From positions 32,151,050 to 32,215,049 of the forward strand of contig NC_068987.1 of NCBI RefSeq assembly GCF_001194135.2: a stretch of 64,000 nt of DNA, in the 5' to 3' direction. This DNA is from Octopus bimaculoides (Eukaryota). Below, piece by piece: positions 14,849 through 27,555 of this stretch (positions within the stretch are counted from its first letter, which is position 1; each line of letters opens with the position of its first letter). The notes beneath the pieces were generated by a model. It worked only from the letters and a program-made list of their open reading frames with translations, ran no database searches and had not been told where the DNA came from. Both the position numbers and the translations under genes were made by a program.

Positions 14849-15862
14849 AAAGCGGGCTTATCCCTTGGTTCTGTTCTCATAATTGTTTCGCTAATCCAGT
14901 AACAACAGTACAAAGTATGTAGCCCTTAGAATGGTTTTTTGTGTTTTTATTGAGAATACCGAACTGTCTTACAAAGGATCTTGTGTTAGGAATTCCTAAT
15001 AAGTTATGAATAACCAAATTGTGAAGTCAGTTATGTAATAACATGAAATTAATTACCCTATAGTAAGAATTCAAATAAAGTAGCCCCGAAAAGGGCTTTA
15101 ATACGTTCCGAGAGTATATAGATTTTAGGAGGAAATACTAATAAGGTATGTATACAAAAATCATGAAACATGTTACGTAATATCAGGCTAATCAGATATG
15201 AGGTAATAACAATTCAAAGTAAATAACTTTTAAAAGGGCTTTTGTGCGTTCCCACAGAATATTACCCTCAGCAGCGCTAGAGTGGTTATACTCGTGAATA
15301 AATCACTAACCGAAATAAGTGGATCTATTGTTTAGGAGAATACTATTTACTTGTTTAAGGGTTGTACTGGATAAATTGAGAAAATAACTAAAATAGTTCA
15401 ATACTAAGAAATAAGCATACTGAAAATGAATGGGTTATTTCCAGGAGGGAATTGGTTATTTCCCTTGGTAGCTTAAAAATTTTACTCCCACCGTTCACTC
15501 ACGCCCAAATGTTATCCCTCCCGCCATTTACCCGAACATTTTTTCAAAATCAATTTATACTTAAAACCTCCTCAGACACATAAGCAATTTGCGTGTGAAG
15601 TTTAAGAAAAATTGGTCAAGCCGTTTTAGTGCAAAACGCGGACATACCGATACACACACACATACACAAATATTTTTAGTTTTAATATGTAAGATATCAC
15701 TTTCACCTCCTCTTGATAATATTAACTATCTTCTTAAGCAGGTAGTGCGGAATAATTATTATTCAAAGCTATATCTATACTGATCAGAACTTTGAAACGG
15801 AGTAGTTACCAGTGAAAATGAAACTTTGAGTAAAAATTATACACACACATATTCATCTATAC

Positions 15863-18813
15863 CAGTGTTTCCCAGACTTTTCGCACCAAATTGCAATATT
15901 GCCCACCTATCAGCCAAAAATTGCTCCATCGCCCATCTGTTTAAAAAATCTTGACACAACTCTCCCTAACATTAAATCCCTTAGGAGAACCTTCCCTCGT
16001 ATCATTTGACACACACACTATATTGTAAGTTCATTGCCTGGTTAGTGCTGTTTGGACTAAATATGTGGTTGTTTACAAATCCCTTATTGTAGGTTTAGTT
16101 TTGCCATTAGTGTGAATAAAATTCTAATGTTAACTCTGTATTATGCAGACAGATTAACTTTGGTAAACTTGCGCTTTCTTTTACACTGGTTTTATTTTCC
16201 CCAAATGAACTCTTGACCAGAACTACCGATGCAAAAATAATGATTGTATTGTAAAGGAAAAGAATACAACTTTTTAATAAGAACCATGTGTCTGGTGCGA
16301 TGCAACTAGTGCAGATATATTTGATTTCAAACTTGTCAACTTTAGCCGCAAGTCTCCTTGTTGTGTTACATCCAGTTCAATTCTTTTATGGGAAAGTAAA
16401 GTTCCAACATGGCTAAAACCAGATTCAACTAAAACCAGATTCAAGCAAAAGTAATTTCAGATGTTTCCACAGATTGGGGTAGGAATTCAATATACTTTGA
16501 TGGTACCCCAAACCTTTGCCATTATGGCGATATCACATTGTGGCGTCATTGTCATTTTGTAATTCTATCCATTCATCCTGAACATTGTCCTCGCATCAAC
16601 TGCATCGACCTTAGACGGATTGCTATAAGAGTTTGGAATATTCAGCGCAATAACATCTTGAAATCGCTCCACCATGTTATTGTGCAATGATTGTAAATAG
16701 TTGCGATATGTAGTTAAATCCTCATCAATCAATTGATCTTTCAAAGGATCAAGTTGTGGAAATTGAGGGAATTAATGTTTTGAAATGTCTTATACAGCAC
16801 CAATTTCGAAATGAAGTTAGTAACAAATGATTTACAATCAGTGAGAGTTTTCTGTTTCCTTGCAATAACTTATTCAAATCATTTAGTTTTGTGACTATAT
16901 CACAAAGGTAAAAGATATCACACCTTGCAACCATCAATGAAGCGGATATTGGAGTATCTTCAAAGAAAGATATGGTTATATGGAATAGTTCAAGAAAGCA
17001 TAAAACAGTTTCCTTTTGACAGCCACTGCACTTTGGTGTGGTATAAGAGTTTAGTATGGTCCTCATCATTTCTCAGACAGAGTTGAAGGAAAATTCGATC
17101 AGACAAAGGACTGGACTTCAATTTGTTCACAGTCTCATCAATCTACTGTCATCATTCAATCTACTGTTCATATTTTTTGCCACTAAATACTGCCGGTGTG
17201 CCAAGCAATGAACAATTAGTACCTGGTGGGAAATTTCACACTTTAGGAGAGATGAAAAACCTCTGTATTTTCCTATCATTGAAGGGGCTCCATCAGACAC
17301 ACAGGCAAGAATATTACTGAGTGGGATACTACATTCAAAAAGGAAAGACTTGAGAATGTAAAAAAAATAGTTGCACCTTTTGAATCAAGCAGCAATTTCT
17401 CTGTGAACAGCATTTCCTCACAAGGTCTTTGCTGAAATACCGGACATATACCATCATCAAACATTGATTGTCTACAACAGCTGACTCATCCACTTGTATA
17501 GAAAATTCAGAACGCTGGAGAATATTAATGAGCTGCTGTTTGACATCGTTGACCATTTCGTTGATGTGTCGAGAAATCGTGTTATTACTAATTGGGATTT
17601 TCATAATGTTATCGGGTTTTTCATGCATAACAGTTGACAAAACCTCTTTAATAACCAGGCAAAGTAATGTTTTTCCAGTTGTGTGAGACTTCTCAGACTT
17701 AGCAACAGGCAATGCAATGTTGTACGATGCAAACAACTCATCATTCTCCTGTTTACTAGTTTTCTGGAGTAGTGTGTTGAATGTTTGTGTTTGCTTTTTG
17801 AAAGAGGAGTTCAGTTGCAAAAAGTGTGATAACGGCTTGTCCTTCTTGTCAGAATGCTTTGCATCAAAGTGATACTTCAAGCGTGAAGGGTTCATTGCTT
17901 TGTTGGTCAATGTTTGATGGCAAAGAAGGCACATTGGTAACAGACAGTTCTGAGGAGAGGGAATAAATTCAAAAGATGAATAATCACTACTGTATTGTCG
18001 ACAAATTTTCTTAACCGGAGGCATGCGTAAAGTGAAAATGTGAAAACGAATTTCTACAGACGGCGTTAGAAAGGCAGTATGGTATTCCCAAAGAATAGTT
18101 GATATTGCAGAGTTAGGTGACACGTCTTTACTGGAGCAAATACAGATCTAGTTTGTTTGGCTGCCAGCATTTCAAAAATTAAAGTTTATTGAACATTTTA
18201 AGATTTGGCATATTAATATACCTTTCCAAGCTAAATTGCTGGAATTCTTCAACTTTTTCTAGAAAAATGTTTTTAAAAAGTTATAGAGGTTAGTATAGTC
18301 ATTTGTTTATTTTCACCCAGTCAAGAAACACGATTTCAAAGCTGTCATTTTGTGCATGACTGCACATTTTGTCAACATCCTGAAAATAGCACTTGTGTTT
18401 TGATATGAAATCATAGAATTATGCACAACATATAACCCCTCGTAACTTTTTTTTATTTTTTGGATTGTTCAGAAAATTTTTGCTAATTTGTTCTCTACAC
18501 GCGGGACTTCATAGGATTATGCAAAAAAAGAAGAGAAACTGTAGTAGAGCGTGATTTAAGGCCTAGGCTTACTTTGCTGCTATTTTTAGCACATATGACA
18601 ACCATCTCAATGACTGTGCCACAAAAACATTCAGTCGATAAACAAGTTCGCTATATTTTTAATACAAAGAGACGTCTCATGCGAGTAATCAAATCGATAA
18701 AAAGTGCATCCTTATTCTAGGTATGCCTAGATATAGGTAAATGCAGACTTAATTTCTGAAAATTGTTTGTCACCCACAAAATGTTCACATCACCCACCAT
18801 TTGGGAAGCTATG
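15863..18813 (-). mobile_element. hAT transposon, Buster subfamily, both ends present, transposase decayed
   Basis: Left TIR cagtgtttcccag (15863), right ttgggaagctatg (ends 18813), identical 8-bp TSD ATCTATAC at 15855-15862 and 18814-18821. Transposase motifs RQYSSDY..F..P.CLLC....NKAMNPSRLKYH, SIQVDES, HTKVQWLSKG, ESGFS with several frameshifts (about 16290-18030). Confidence 0.92.
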
Positions 18814-19109
18814 ATCTATACTGTGACAGAAAGTGGAAAGGAAGTGTTCATTTTTTTTTTATAACTGAAACTGTTTTTTCTACAAAACAAAGTTGAAAGT
18901 TACAAAAAACGGGTCAGTATCTTTGTGCCTGTACATGCATTTGTTGTTCAGTCATTTAAACAAGTGATACCCTTGTCGCAATCAACATTAGCTTAGTCAT
19001 TCTATTAGCTATCCTGCATAATTATAAGTACTGGAATTCCCGTAAGACAAAGTTATTTAGTGAAAGGTTTACACCACCAACATGTGTATTCACAGTTCAC
19101 TCAAAGATA

Positions 19110-20356
19110 TTGGATCATGAACAACCTTCTACATCAACTGATTCAGCAACATCGTGGAGACAAGGGAAAAAGCATGGCATAGACCTCTACAAACTTTCCC
19201 TCAAATTATTTGATGAAGAGTCAGCACTTGCTTGTTGCCAGGAACTTGGGCTCCTAGCCAAACAAATGCGTTGCCCATCTTGTAAAACTGTGCTGAACAA
19301 AATTTACAAAGGGAAGCAGGCCGGAAGATCTCACTCAGAGTGCAGGTTTCAGTGCAACAAGAAAAGCCGTAAGAAGGCGGTAAAAACCCAAATACCACTT
19401 TGGAAAGGAACTTGATTTGGCCATAACAATTTGTCTCTGCAGAAGTGTCTGCTATTGGTTTACTGTTTCATTCACAAGTTGTCATATAAGCATGAAACAT
19501 TTTAGCATGTCATATAAGTTGTCACATAAGCATGTCATATAAGTTGTCATATAAGCATGAAACATATAAGCATGTCATATAAGTTGTCACATAAGCATGT
19601 CATATAAGTTGTCATATAAGCATGAAACATATAAGCATGTCATATAAGTTGTCATATAAGCATGTCATATAAGTTGTCGTATAAGCATGTCATATAAGTT
19701 GTCATATTAGCATGAAGCAAGCATTTCATCGACAGACAGTGACTCTGATAATGACAATGTGTTAGCAACATCCATGGAAACCACCATAGAAGATTATTTT
19801 TCATACTGTCGTGAAGTCCGTCAGTGGTTGGTAGAGACAAAACTGCTTACAGACCAACCCATTGGTGGCCCAGGACTTACAGTCGAAATTGATGAGTTGA
19901 AATTAGGCAAAACGAAGTATCATCGTGGAAGATTTGTAGAAGGACAGTGGGTATTTGGAGGCATATGCCATGAAACCCAGTAAACTTTTCTTGTTGCACT
20001 GCAGAATAACAAGCGGGATAGGGCCACACTGGAACCAATCATTCTCCAGCACATTAAACTTGGCACAACAGTAATGAGTGACTGCTGGAAAGCATATGAC
20101 AGTCTTGGAGCTTTCAGTTTCCAGCATCTCACTGTTAACCACAGCTACAACTTCGTGGATCCTCTCACCGGAGCTTACACGAACAACATGGAAAATCTGT
20201 GATGGCAAATCAGACACCAAATGAGTGAGACATATATGGCATGCAAACCTCACCAGCTATATGTGTGAATATATGTGGAGGTATGTGCACAAGGGAGAAG
20301 ATCTGTTTCAAGCATTCATGCAGAATGCTGGCAAACTTTACAAGCCACAGAGATAG
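19110..20356 (+). mobile_element. Merlin (IS1016/ISXO2-like) transposase pseudogene
   Basis: N-terminal CPSC zinc ribbon; GGPGLTVEIDE..G..KYHRGR.VEGQWVFGG; SDCWKAY; TVNHSYNFVDPLTGAYTNNME; YMCEYMWR. In-frame stops at 19413, 19981 and about 20200 plus a frameshift. TIRs not identified. Confidence 0.9.
19476..19714. repeat. Composite minisatellite of 12/13/15-nt units (aagttgtcatat, aagcatgtcatat, aagcatgaaacatat)
   Basis: Directly visible tandem array inside the Merlin coding region. Confidence 0.9.
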
Positions 20357-21284
20357 GTAAGAATATTAGTTTTATACACCTAATAGGCTGTTTCTTATCT
20401 TTCTACCATATTTCTCTCTCACACACACAGACCATTTAGGTTTGAGTTTTGTGCCACACAAGCTGGATAAGTGTCTTCTATTATTACTTTGTGCTGACTA
20501 ATGTTTTGTGAGTGAAACTGGTAGATGAAAACCAAAGTCTGTCATATGTGTGCATGCATGTGCAAGTGAATGTAATTTCAAATCTCTCTATTTAGTTGAC
20601 AATTTCTGATTAAAACAAGCTTTCTACCACTAGTTTTCCACCTAGTTCTGTAATTTGTACTTTTGGTGTTTGAGAACCAGTGAAATAAAGAAACGTACTA
20701 TACTAAAAATTAAATTATTTTTGTATTTTTTCTTGTTGATTACAGCAAAATGTAGACTTTTTTTAAAAACGGTTTTTTTCTTGGAGCTGGTTTAAACAAC
20801 TACAGAGTTTTGCATTGAATCCCAATCTGTGACACTTTAAGGAAATGTCTGAGAGTAAAATTTATTTAATAAAAACAATGGAAACTGTGTCAAATCTGTG
20901 AAAGTGAACATTCCTGAGAAGCTTAATCTGACACTTGTTTAATGTCACCATCTTATTCTTGGGTGCCTTAACCCTTTTGCTACCATATTTCTGCTGATAT
21001 ACATTGCCTCTGTTTAAAGTAATTTTGGGAATAATGAAGATTTTGACATTATTAAGCTATTGTTTGGAACATAAATTTACTTATAATTTTGGTAGGAGAT
21101 TTTAATTTAGACCACTTTAAAACATGAAGTTTATATTATGAGAGCTAGGAATGAGTTAAACAGTGTCCATTCTGTGGCAAACATTGGACCAAATTGCTGA
21201 ACAGATGATTTTTTTCTCTTCCTTCCACCATCCTCAAAACTCCTGCAGTAATTGTGGATGGAGCCCTTTTACTTCTAATGTTGT

Positions 21285-21664
21285 TGGCACTCCGTCGCTT
21301 ACGACGTTCGAGGGTTCCAGTCGATCTGATCAACGGAACAGCTTGCTCGTGAAATTAACGTGCAAATGACTGAGCACTCCACAGACACGTGTACCCTTAA
21401 CGTAGTTCTTGGGGATATTCAGCGTGACACAGAGTGACAAGGCTGACCCTTTGAATTACAGGCACAACAGAAACAGGACGTAAGAGTGAGAGAAAGTTGT
21501 GGCGAAAGAGTACAGCAGGGTTCACCACCATCCCCTGCCGGAGCCTCGTGGAGCTTTAGGTGTTTTCGCTCAATAAACACTCACAACGCCCGGTTTGGGA
21601 ATCGAAACCACGATCCTATAACCACGAGTCTGCTCCCCTAACCACTGGGCCATATCGCCTCCAC
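21285..21664 (-). mobile_element. tRNA-derived SINE (family D)
   Basis: Reverse complement begins gtggaggcgatatggcccagtggtt (A box) ... ggtttcgattccc (B box); tail ends ...gacggagtgccaacaac. Confidence 0.8.
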
Positions 21665-23370
21665 GCTTTTTTTTTTTTTTTTTTTTTTTTTTNNNNNNNN
21701 NNNNNNNNNNNNNNNNNNNNNNNNNNNNNNNNNNNNNNNNNNNNNNNNNNNNNNNNNNNNNNNNNNNNNNNNNNNNNNNNNNNNNNNNNNNNNNNNNNNN
21801 NNNNNNNNNNNNNNNNNNNNNNNNNNCCCCCCCCCCCCCCATCTAATCCGGAAGTCCTGTATGCTGCCCTTTTACCTCTAAATCAGTGAGGTACTTCCCT
21901 CTTCACTAAAGACAAACTCAAAACGGAAAAGATGTGTGAAACAATATTAATTTTAAAACTGATTTTTACTCACTTTTAACTTGCGTTTATAAAGTTACCT
22001 CCCTTGAAATAATCCAGCTCTTTTTAGGTAGAATATTGTTATTTTGAATTCCTGTCAGTAGTTAAACAATTCTGGTGGTGGTATGTTAGTAGTGGAGGGG
22101 ATAAAGAGTGTAATCGATGATAGACAAACTTGCAAATTATTGAACTTATTGATATCAAAGACAATATCCCTCAAAAGAATTTCTACTGAAGCAGAAATCC
22201 AAATGAACTATTTTTGTCACTGGCATGAGCCTAACATACTTAGGTAGTTGATTTATGAGATATAACAGCCAAATCTCCCTTAAAATCAGTCTGATGTCAT
22301 AGATAAAGAAAATATACATTAAAAAATATAGCCCTAGGTAACCCTAATTCGATGGGATGGTCATGGATGGGATACTTTTCCTCATTAGCCTACTTGGTCA
22401 GTTCTAACCTAGGGCTGAACACTACCACAACAACAACCATATTGGTTGATAGATGGCAGTCATATTATTAAAACAAGAGTTTCTATAGCTATTTGACCAG
22501 GTGATTTGGTGGTTGAATTCCTGAAGTTTGTGTTGCATTAGGGTATTTCATTCACATTGCAGATACCTTGAAAACTTTTTTTTATGTACTATCTGATATA
22601 TCAAGGTGATGTACCATACCTTTTATCATTAGGTGCAGGTGTGGATGTGTGGTAAGAAGTTTACTTCCAAACCATATGGTTCTGGGTTCAGTCCCACTGC
22701 ATGGCACCTTAGGCAAGTACCTTTTACTAAAGCCTTGGGCTGACCAAAGCCTTGTGAGTGGATTTGGCAGATGAAAATCAAGTGAAGTACTCCCAAACTT
22801 CTAGATCAAAGGTTCTCTAAGTGGGTGCTACCACCCCAGGTAGGCGCCGGTGCCTAAGAGGGAGGTTGGGGTGGGGGTAGAGAAAAAGGAGGCGTTGGGA
22901 GGAAGGAAGAGGCTGTTAGTTTCATTCTGTCCATGCAAGTATGAAAACTTATCTGGTTTTCTTACCTCCACTTAACAGGGCTGACATTCATCAAATTTTT
23001 GCAACTTTAGAGACACCAGTTGCTATTAATTCTAATTTGGTGTCCCTAATATAGAATTATCAAAATTTGGTCGTGACATTTGCAAACACATACACACTCA
23101 TGAAAAGAATCTTGGAGTTGACAAGAGACCTGGTGTTTACAGACCTCATTGGAATGTTCCTAAAAGATAAGTGCATCTTTGTTGGGTGTCCATCATTGAC
23201 AAGACTAAACAAGGTTGAAATCACACAATCTGGCAGTCTCAGTGTTGAAGATAGCATGGTTTTATCTCACTGCTAGTGATATAAACAAGAGTGCATCTTG
23301 CATCAAAAAGCCAATATGATCTCATGGTAACTACCACAATATAGTTTGTTCTAACAGAACATCCATGTTT

Positions 23371-25045
23371 AAAAAAAAAAAAAAAATAATAATAATAATA
23401 ATAACAATAATAATGATGATGATGATGATGAAATTATTGTATACAGTGCTCAGGTGCACTACAACTTGTCAAAAGTGCATATAAAGCATATGCAGTAATG
23501 TACAAATGTCTGGAAAGTGAACAGTGTATGAGTCAGATACATGCTTGCATGTGTATGGAGGGGAGAAAATCAGGTGTAGTGTTGGCGAATCTCAGGAAGC
23601 ATGGAAGTATTGAAGGATGTGGTGCTCCAACAACTAACAACTGATGCTGGCAGTTTGTTCCATACTTCAGCAACTCTTAGCATGAAAAAATGTTTCTGAA
23701 AGTCATGGGAGCTGTGCTGTTTTCTGACTTTGTAAACATGTCCACAGGTGTTAGACAGGTGGAATTTGAAAAGATGCTCAGAGTTATTGTTAGTAAGATG
23801 GTTAATAATTTTATGGGTGTCTGTCAAATCAGCTGCCAGATGTTGGAGTTTCAATGTATCCATGCCCAGGGAAGTAAGACGTTCAGAGTATGGCAAATGC
23901 CTGAAGGAGGGTATTCTCTTGGTTGCACGTCGCTGAACGGTTTCCAGACGGTTAATATCCTGGGCAAAATAGGGGTTCCAGACTGGTGATGCAAATTCCA
24001 GGTAAGGCTGCACCATAGCTATATAAAGCCTCAGAGAGCTAGCCGGAGAGCGGCTCACAAAGGACTTGGTAAGTGATGCCAAAACACCCTCAGCTTTCTT
24101 GGCAATTTTAGCAATGTGTTTTGTCCAATGCAAATTGCTGTCAACAATAATGCCCAGGTCATGTTCACAAGAAGACTTTTGGAGATTAGTGTTGTGGAGG
24201 GAGTAAGTAGACGCTGGGTTTTTCCTCACAAAATGCATGGTGGTACATTTGTCCACCGCCAGCTTGAGTTGCCAGTCTATGATCCATTGCTGCATTGTGT
24301 CCAGGTCTGATTGCAATAAAGATCTATAGTGTACAGGATCTGTCCTCTTTATTTCAAGGTACAGCTTGATGTCATCTGCATATTTCAGCACTGTGGCATT
24401 CTTTGAGTTGGCATCTATGTCATTAATATATGCAACAAATAAAAGGGGGCCAAGAACAGATCCCTGTGGTACACCAGATGTCATCTCATAGGGTGAAGAG
24501 TGCTGTCCTAGAACTGTGACAGCCTCTTTTCGGCCGATAATGAAGGACTTCAACCAGTTATAGAGCTCATCACTTACACCCATTGCAGAGTGTTTCACCA
24601 TAAGTCTTTTGTGTGGCACAGAATTAAAAGCCTTAGCAAAGTCCTGGTAAACAACATCCACCCAGGAGCTGCCATTAGTGATTTGGGTAATGTCCTCAAG
24701 AAACTCGATGAGTTGATTACAGCAGCTGGAGTTAGGAATAAATCCAAATTGTGACAGCTGGATGAAGCTGTGAGACTTCCAGAAGTTCCAGAAGGTTTCT
24801 CTGACACAGGATTCCATCAGTTTGGTGATGCAGCTAGTAAGACTGACGGGGCGATAGTTAACAGGTGATATGCGGTCACCTTTTTTGAACAGAGGGATAA
24901 CACTGGCAGTTTTCCACTGCTCTGGAGTAACACCATTGCCAAGACAGACAGAATTGAAAGAATAGTGAGAGTTACTTCAGAAGAAAGTACCCACCACGTT
25001 TGAGAAGTAGGTATGTAACACCATTGAGACCAGGAGATGGCAACT
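23371..25045 (-). mobile_element. 5'-truncated CR1-clade LINE with stop-free RT domain and microsatellite tail
   Basis: Frame open from about 24976 to the stop at 23570: WKTASVIPLFKKGD, NYRPVSLTS, DFAKAF, GVPQGSVLGPLLF, YADD, LETVQRRATK. 3' UTR ends in (CAT)n/(TAT)n. No endonuclease domain present. Confidence 0.92.
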
Positions 25046-25339
25046 GAAAGAAGCCCGTCTGTCTTTGTCCCTCCACCATTGCTTGACAACCGATGTTGGT
25101 GTGTTTACGCCCCTGTAACATAGCAGTTTGGCAAAAGAGACCAATAGAAGAAGTGCTATGCTTACAAAGAATAAGTTCTGGGATCGATTCATTCGACTAA
25201 AGGCGGTGCTCCAGCATGGCCACAGTCAAATGACTGAAACAAATAAAAGAATAAAAGAATTCTCATTTATTTTTTTAATTATTACAAATTTTTATTTTTC
25301 CTTATTTATTTGTATTATTTTCTATATTCCTGTACCACA

Positions 25340-25822
25340 TACCACACACACACACACACATGCACATGCAGACATACACACACCACACACACCTGCATGC
25401 ATATACACACACACATGCATGCCCACATATAATGTCCACACTCTTGGCTACACTAATGCACCTCACACTCCACCTCACCACTCTCTCCTGCATGCACACA
25501 GACACACACATGCATGCACACACATATGAATGCACATATATCTCCACACACACAACACATACAATGCAGACACACATGCACACATGCATGTACATACACT
25601 TCTACACACATCCTCACACATTCATAGACATACCCCCCACACACTCACACGTACACACACACAGATATATATACAGAGAGAGACAGACAGTGGCACAGAG
25701 AGAGACACACACACACATACATACATTCCCACTCTGTCTAGGCACACATGCCGACACACAGCCTTCACACTCTCTTCACACAGCCCCTGACTCACTATTG
25801 ATCCTTCCATCAATGCACACAT

Positions 25823-25858
<36 letters not shown>

Positions 25859-26160
25859 CCACACCCACCCATTCACACACCTGTCACTATAGCTACTGAC
25901 CTCTCAGAGCCACATTAACACACATGTACACAGATCCTAAAACACACACACACACACACACATACACACACACACAGACTACTCACACAAACACAGTATC
26001 ACATACACACGCTACCACACACACACACACACAATCACCACACACACAGTTACCACCACATGCACACATGCTACTACACACACATATGCAATTACTGCCA
26101 CACACACACAAGCTACCATACATACACATGCTACCATACACCACACACACACACACACAT
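25340..26160. repeat. Long degenerate (CA)n low-complexity tract
   Basis: Visible composition; source of the spurious His/Thr-rich and Val/Cys-rich ORFs. Confidence 0.9.
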
Positions 26161-26468
26161 TGACCAACCATCTTCACACTCTCCTGTCCCAGAAAGCACT
26201 TTCTCTTCCTCCTACTTCCGGTCACTTCAGCAATGTAACCACACATGGACTGTTGGCAATTTTTCCTCCTTCCTTCTTTCCCTTTGGACTTTCCTGTTTC
26301 CTCCAGTTTCCATCCACCAAATCTACTCATAAAGCTTTGGTTGGCCCAAGGCTATAGTAAAAGACATTTGCCCGAGGTGACACAAAGTGGGACTGAATCC
26401 AGAACCAAGTGGTTGGGAAACAAACTTCTTACACACACACACACATGCACACACACACACGCACACAC

Positions 26469-26525
<57 letters not shown>

Positions 26526-26695
26526 GGTAACTTTTAACTGACTGAAATTTAATAATCTTATTTTCAAAATATTACTTTGAGGTCTCTTATTTGAACAGCA
26601 TTTTCAAATTTCTGGATACTTGGATAAGAGAAGTCATGTAATGTTGAGACCTGCTGGAGATTTCCTAATGGTCAGCTTGTTTATTTCTTGACTAG

Positions 26696-26789
26696 GTATG
26701 CGGCCGGAGTACAAGTCCAATGAAGCAGTTTACAAGACTCAATCTAATCTTGTCACACAGTTCCGCACCACCAAGTTCTTAGGGACTTT
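26696..26789 (+). CDS. Candidate internal coding exon of an unidentified gene (xMRPEYKSNEAVYKTQSNLVTQFRTTKFLGTx)
   Basis: Pyrimidine-rich acceptor cttgtttatttcttgactag, donor TT|gtaagt at 26790; only one of three frames is open; CpGs retained amid CpG-poor flanks; starts in phase 1, matching the 12752 exon. Confidence 0.55.
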
Positions 26790-26969
26790 GTAAGTATTTA
26801 GACCAGATCCTTGATCTGAAGATAAGTCACGATTCATAGTTTCTTTGACCTCTTTCCTTCAGCATTATCAGAGGCTCTACAAAACAAGTAGCAGCTGATG
26901 CCTGTCTTTATTTCCTGAAGCCATGATAAAAATAAAATTGAGGCACAATTGTTGCTGTGTGGTAAGAAG

Positions 26970-27204
26970 GCGGCAAGCTGTCAGAATCGTTAGCACGCCG
27001 GGCGAAATGCTTAGCTGTATTTCGTCTGTCGTTATATTCCGAGTTCAAATTCCGCCCAGGTCGACTTTGCCTTTCATCATTTCGGGGTCGATAAATTAAG
27101 TACCAGTTACGCACTGGGATCGATGTAATCGATTTAATCCATTTGTCTGTCCTTGTTTGTCCCCTTTGTGTTTAGCCCCTTGTGGGCAATAAAGAAATAA
27201 GAAG
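26970..27204 (+). mobile_element. tRNA-derived SINE family B (Meta-like central domain) nested in a family A SINE
   Basis: Head ggcggcaagctgtcagaatcgttagc, core gcctttcatcatttcggggtcgataaattaagtaccag; 7-bp duplication taagaag at 26963-26969 and 27198-27204. Confidence 0.85.
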
Positions 27205-27324
27205 TTTGCTTTTAACCACATGGTTCTGGGTTCAGTCCCCATCATACCTTGGGTAAATAGCTTCTACTATAGCCTTGGGCTGACACTGAAATAATCCTGT
27301 TGTATGTATGTATGTATGTGTGTT

Positions 27325-27555
27325 ATTTCTTTACTACCCACAAGGGACTACACACAGAGGGGACAAACAAAGACAGACAAACGGATTAAGTCGATTATAT
27401 CGACCCCAGTGCATAACTGGTACTTATTTAATCAACCCCGAAAGGATGAAAGGCAAAGTCGACCTCGGCAGAATTTGAACTCAGAACATAGCGACAGACG
27501 AAATACCGCTAAGCATTTCGCCCGGCGTGCTAATGTTTCTGCTAGCTCGCCACCT
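27325..27555 (-). mobile_element. SINE family B, inverted relative to the 26970 copy
   Basis: Reverse complement of the same head, core and tail. Confidence 0.85.

Noticed and set aside
13809-14913. Long ORFs of 150-357 aa here and at 46.1-47.0, 56.0-56.9 and 60.1-61.0 kb
   Set aside because: They consist of N-gap translation (X runs), not real coding sequence.
20357-20362. Donor-like gtaaga immediately after the Merlin stop codon, suggesting exonisation
   Set aside because: Single motif with no convincing paired acceptor; the Merlin ORF is broken.
25128-26567. Many overlapping His/Thr-rich and Val/Cys-rich ORFs
   Set aside because: Translation of degenerate (CA)n/(TG)n repeats, which lack stops by composition.
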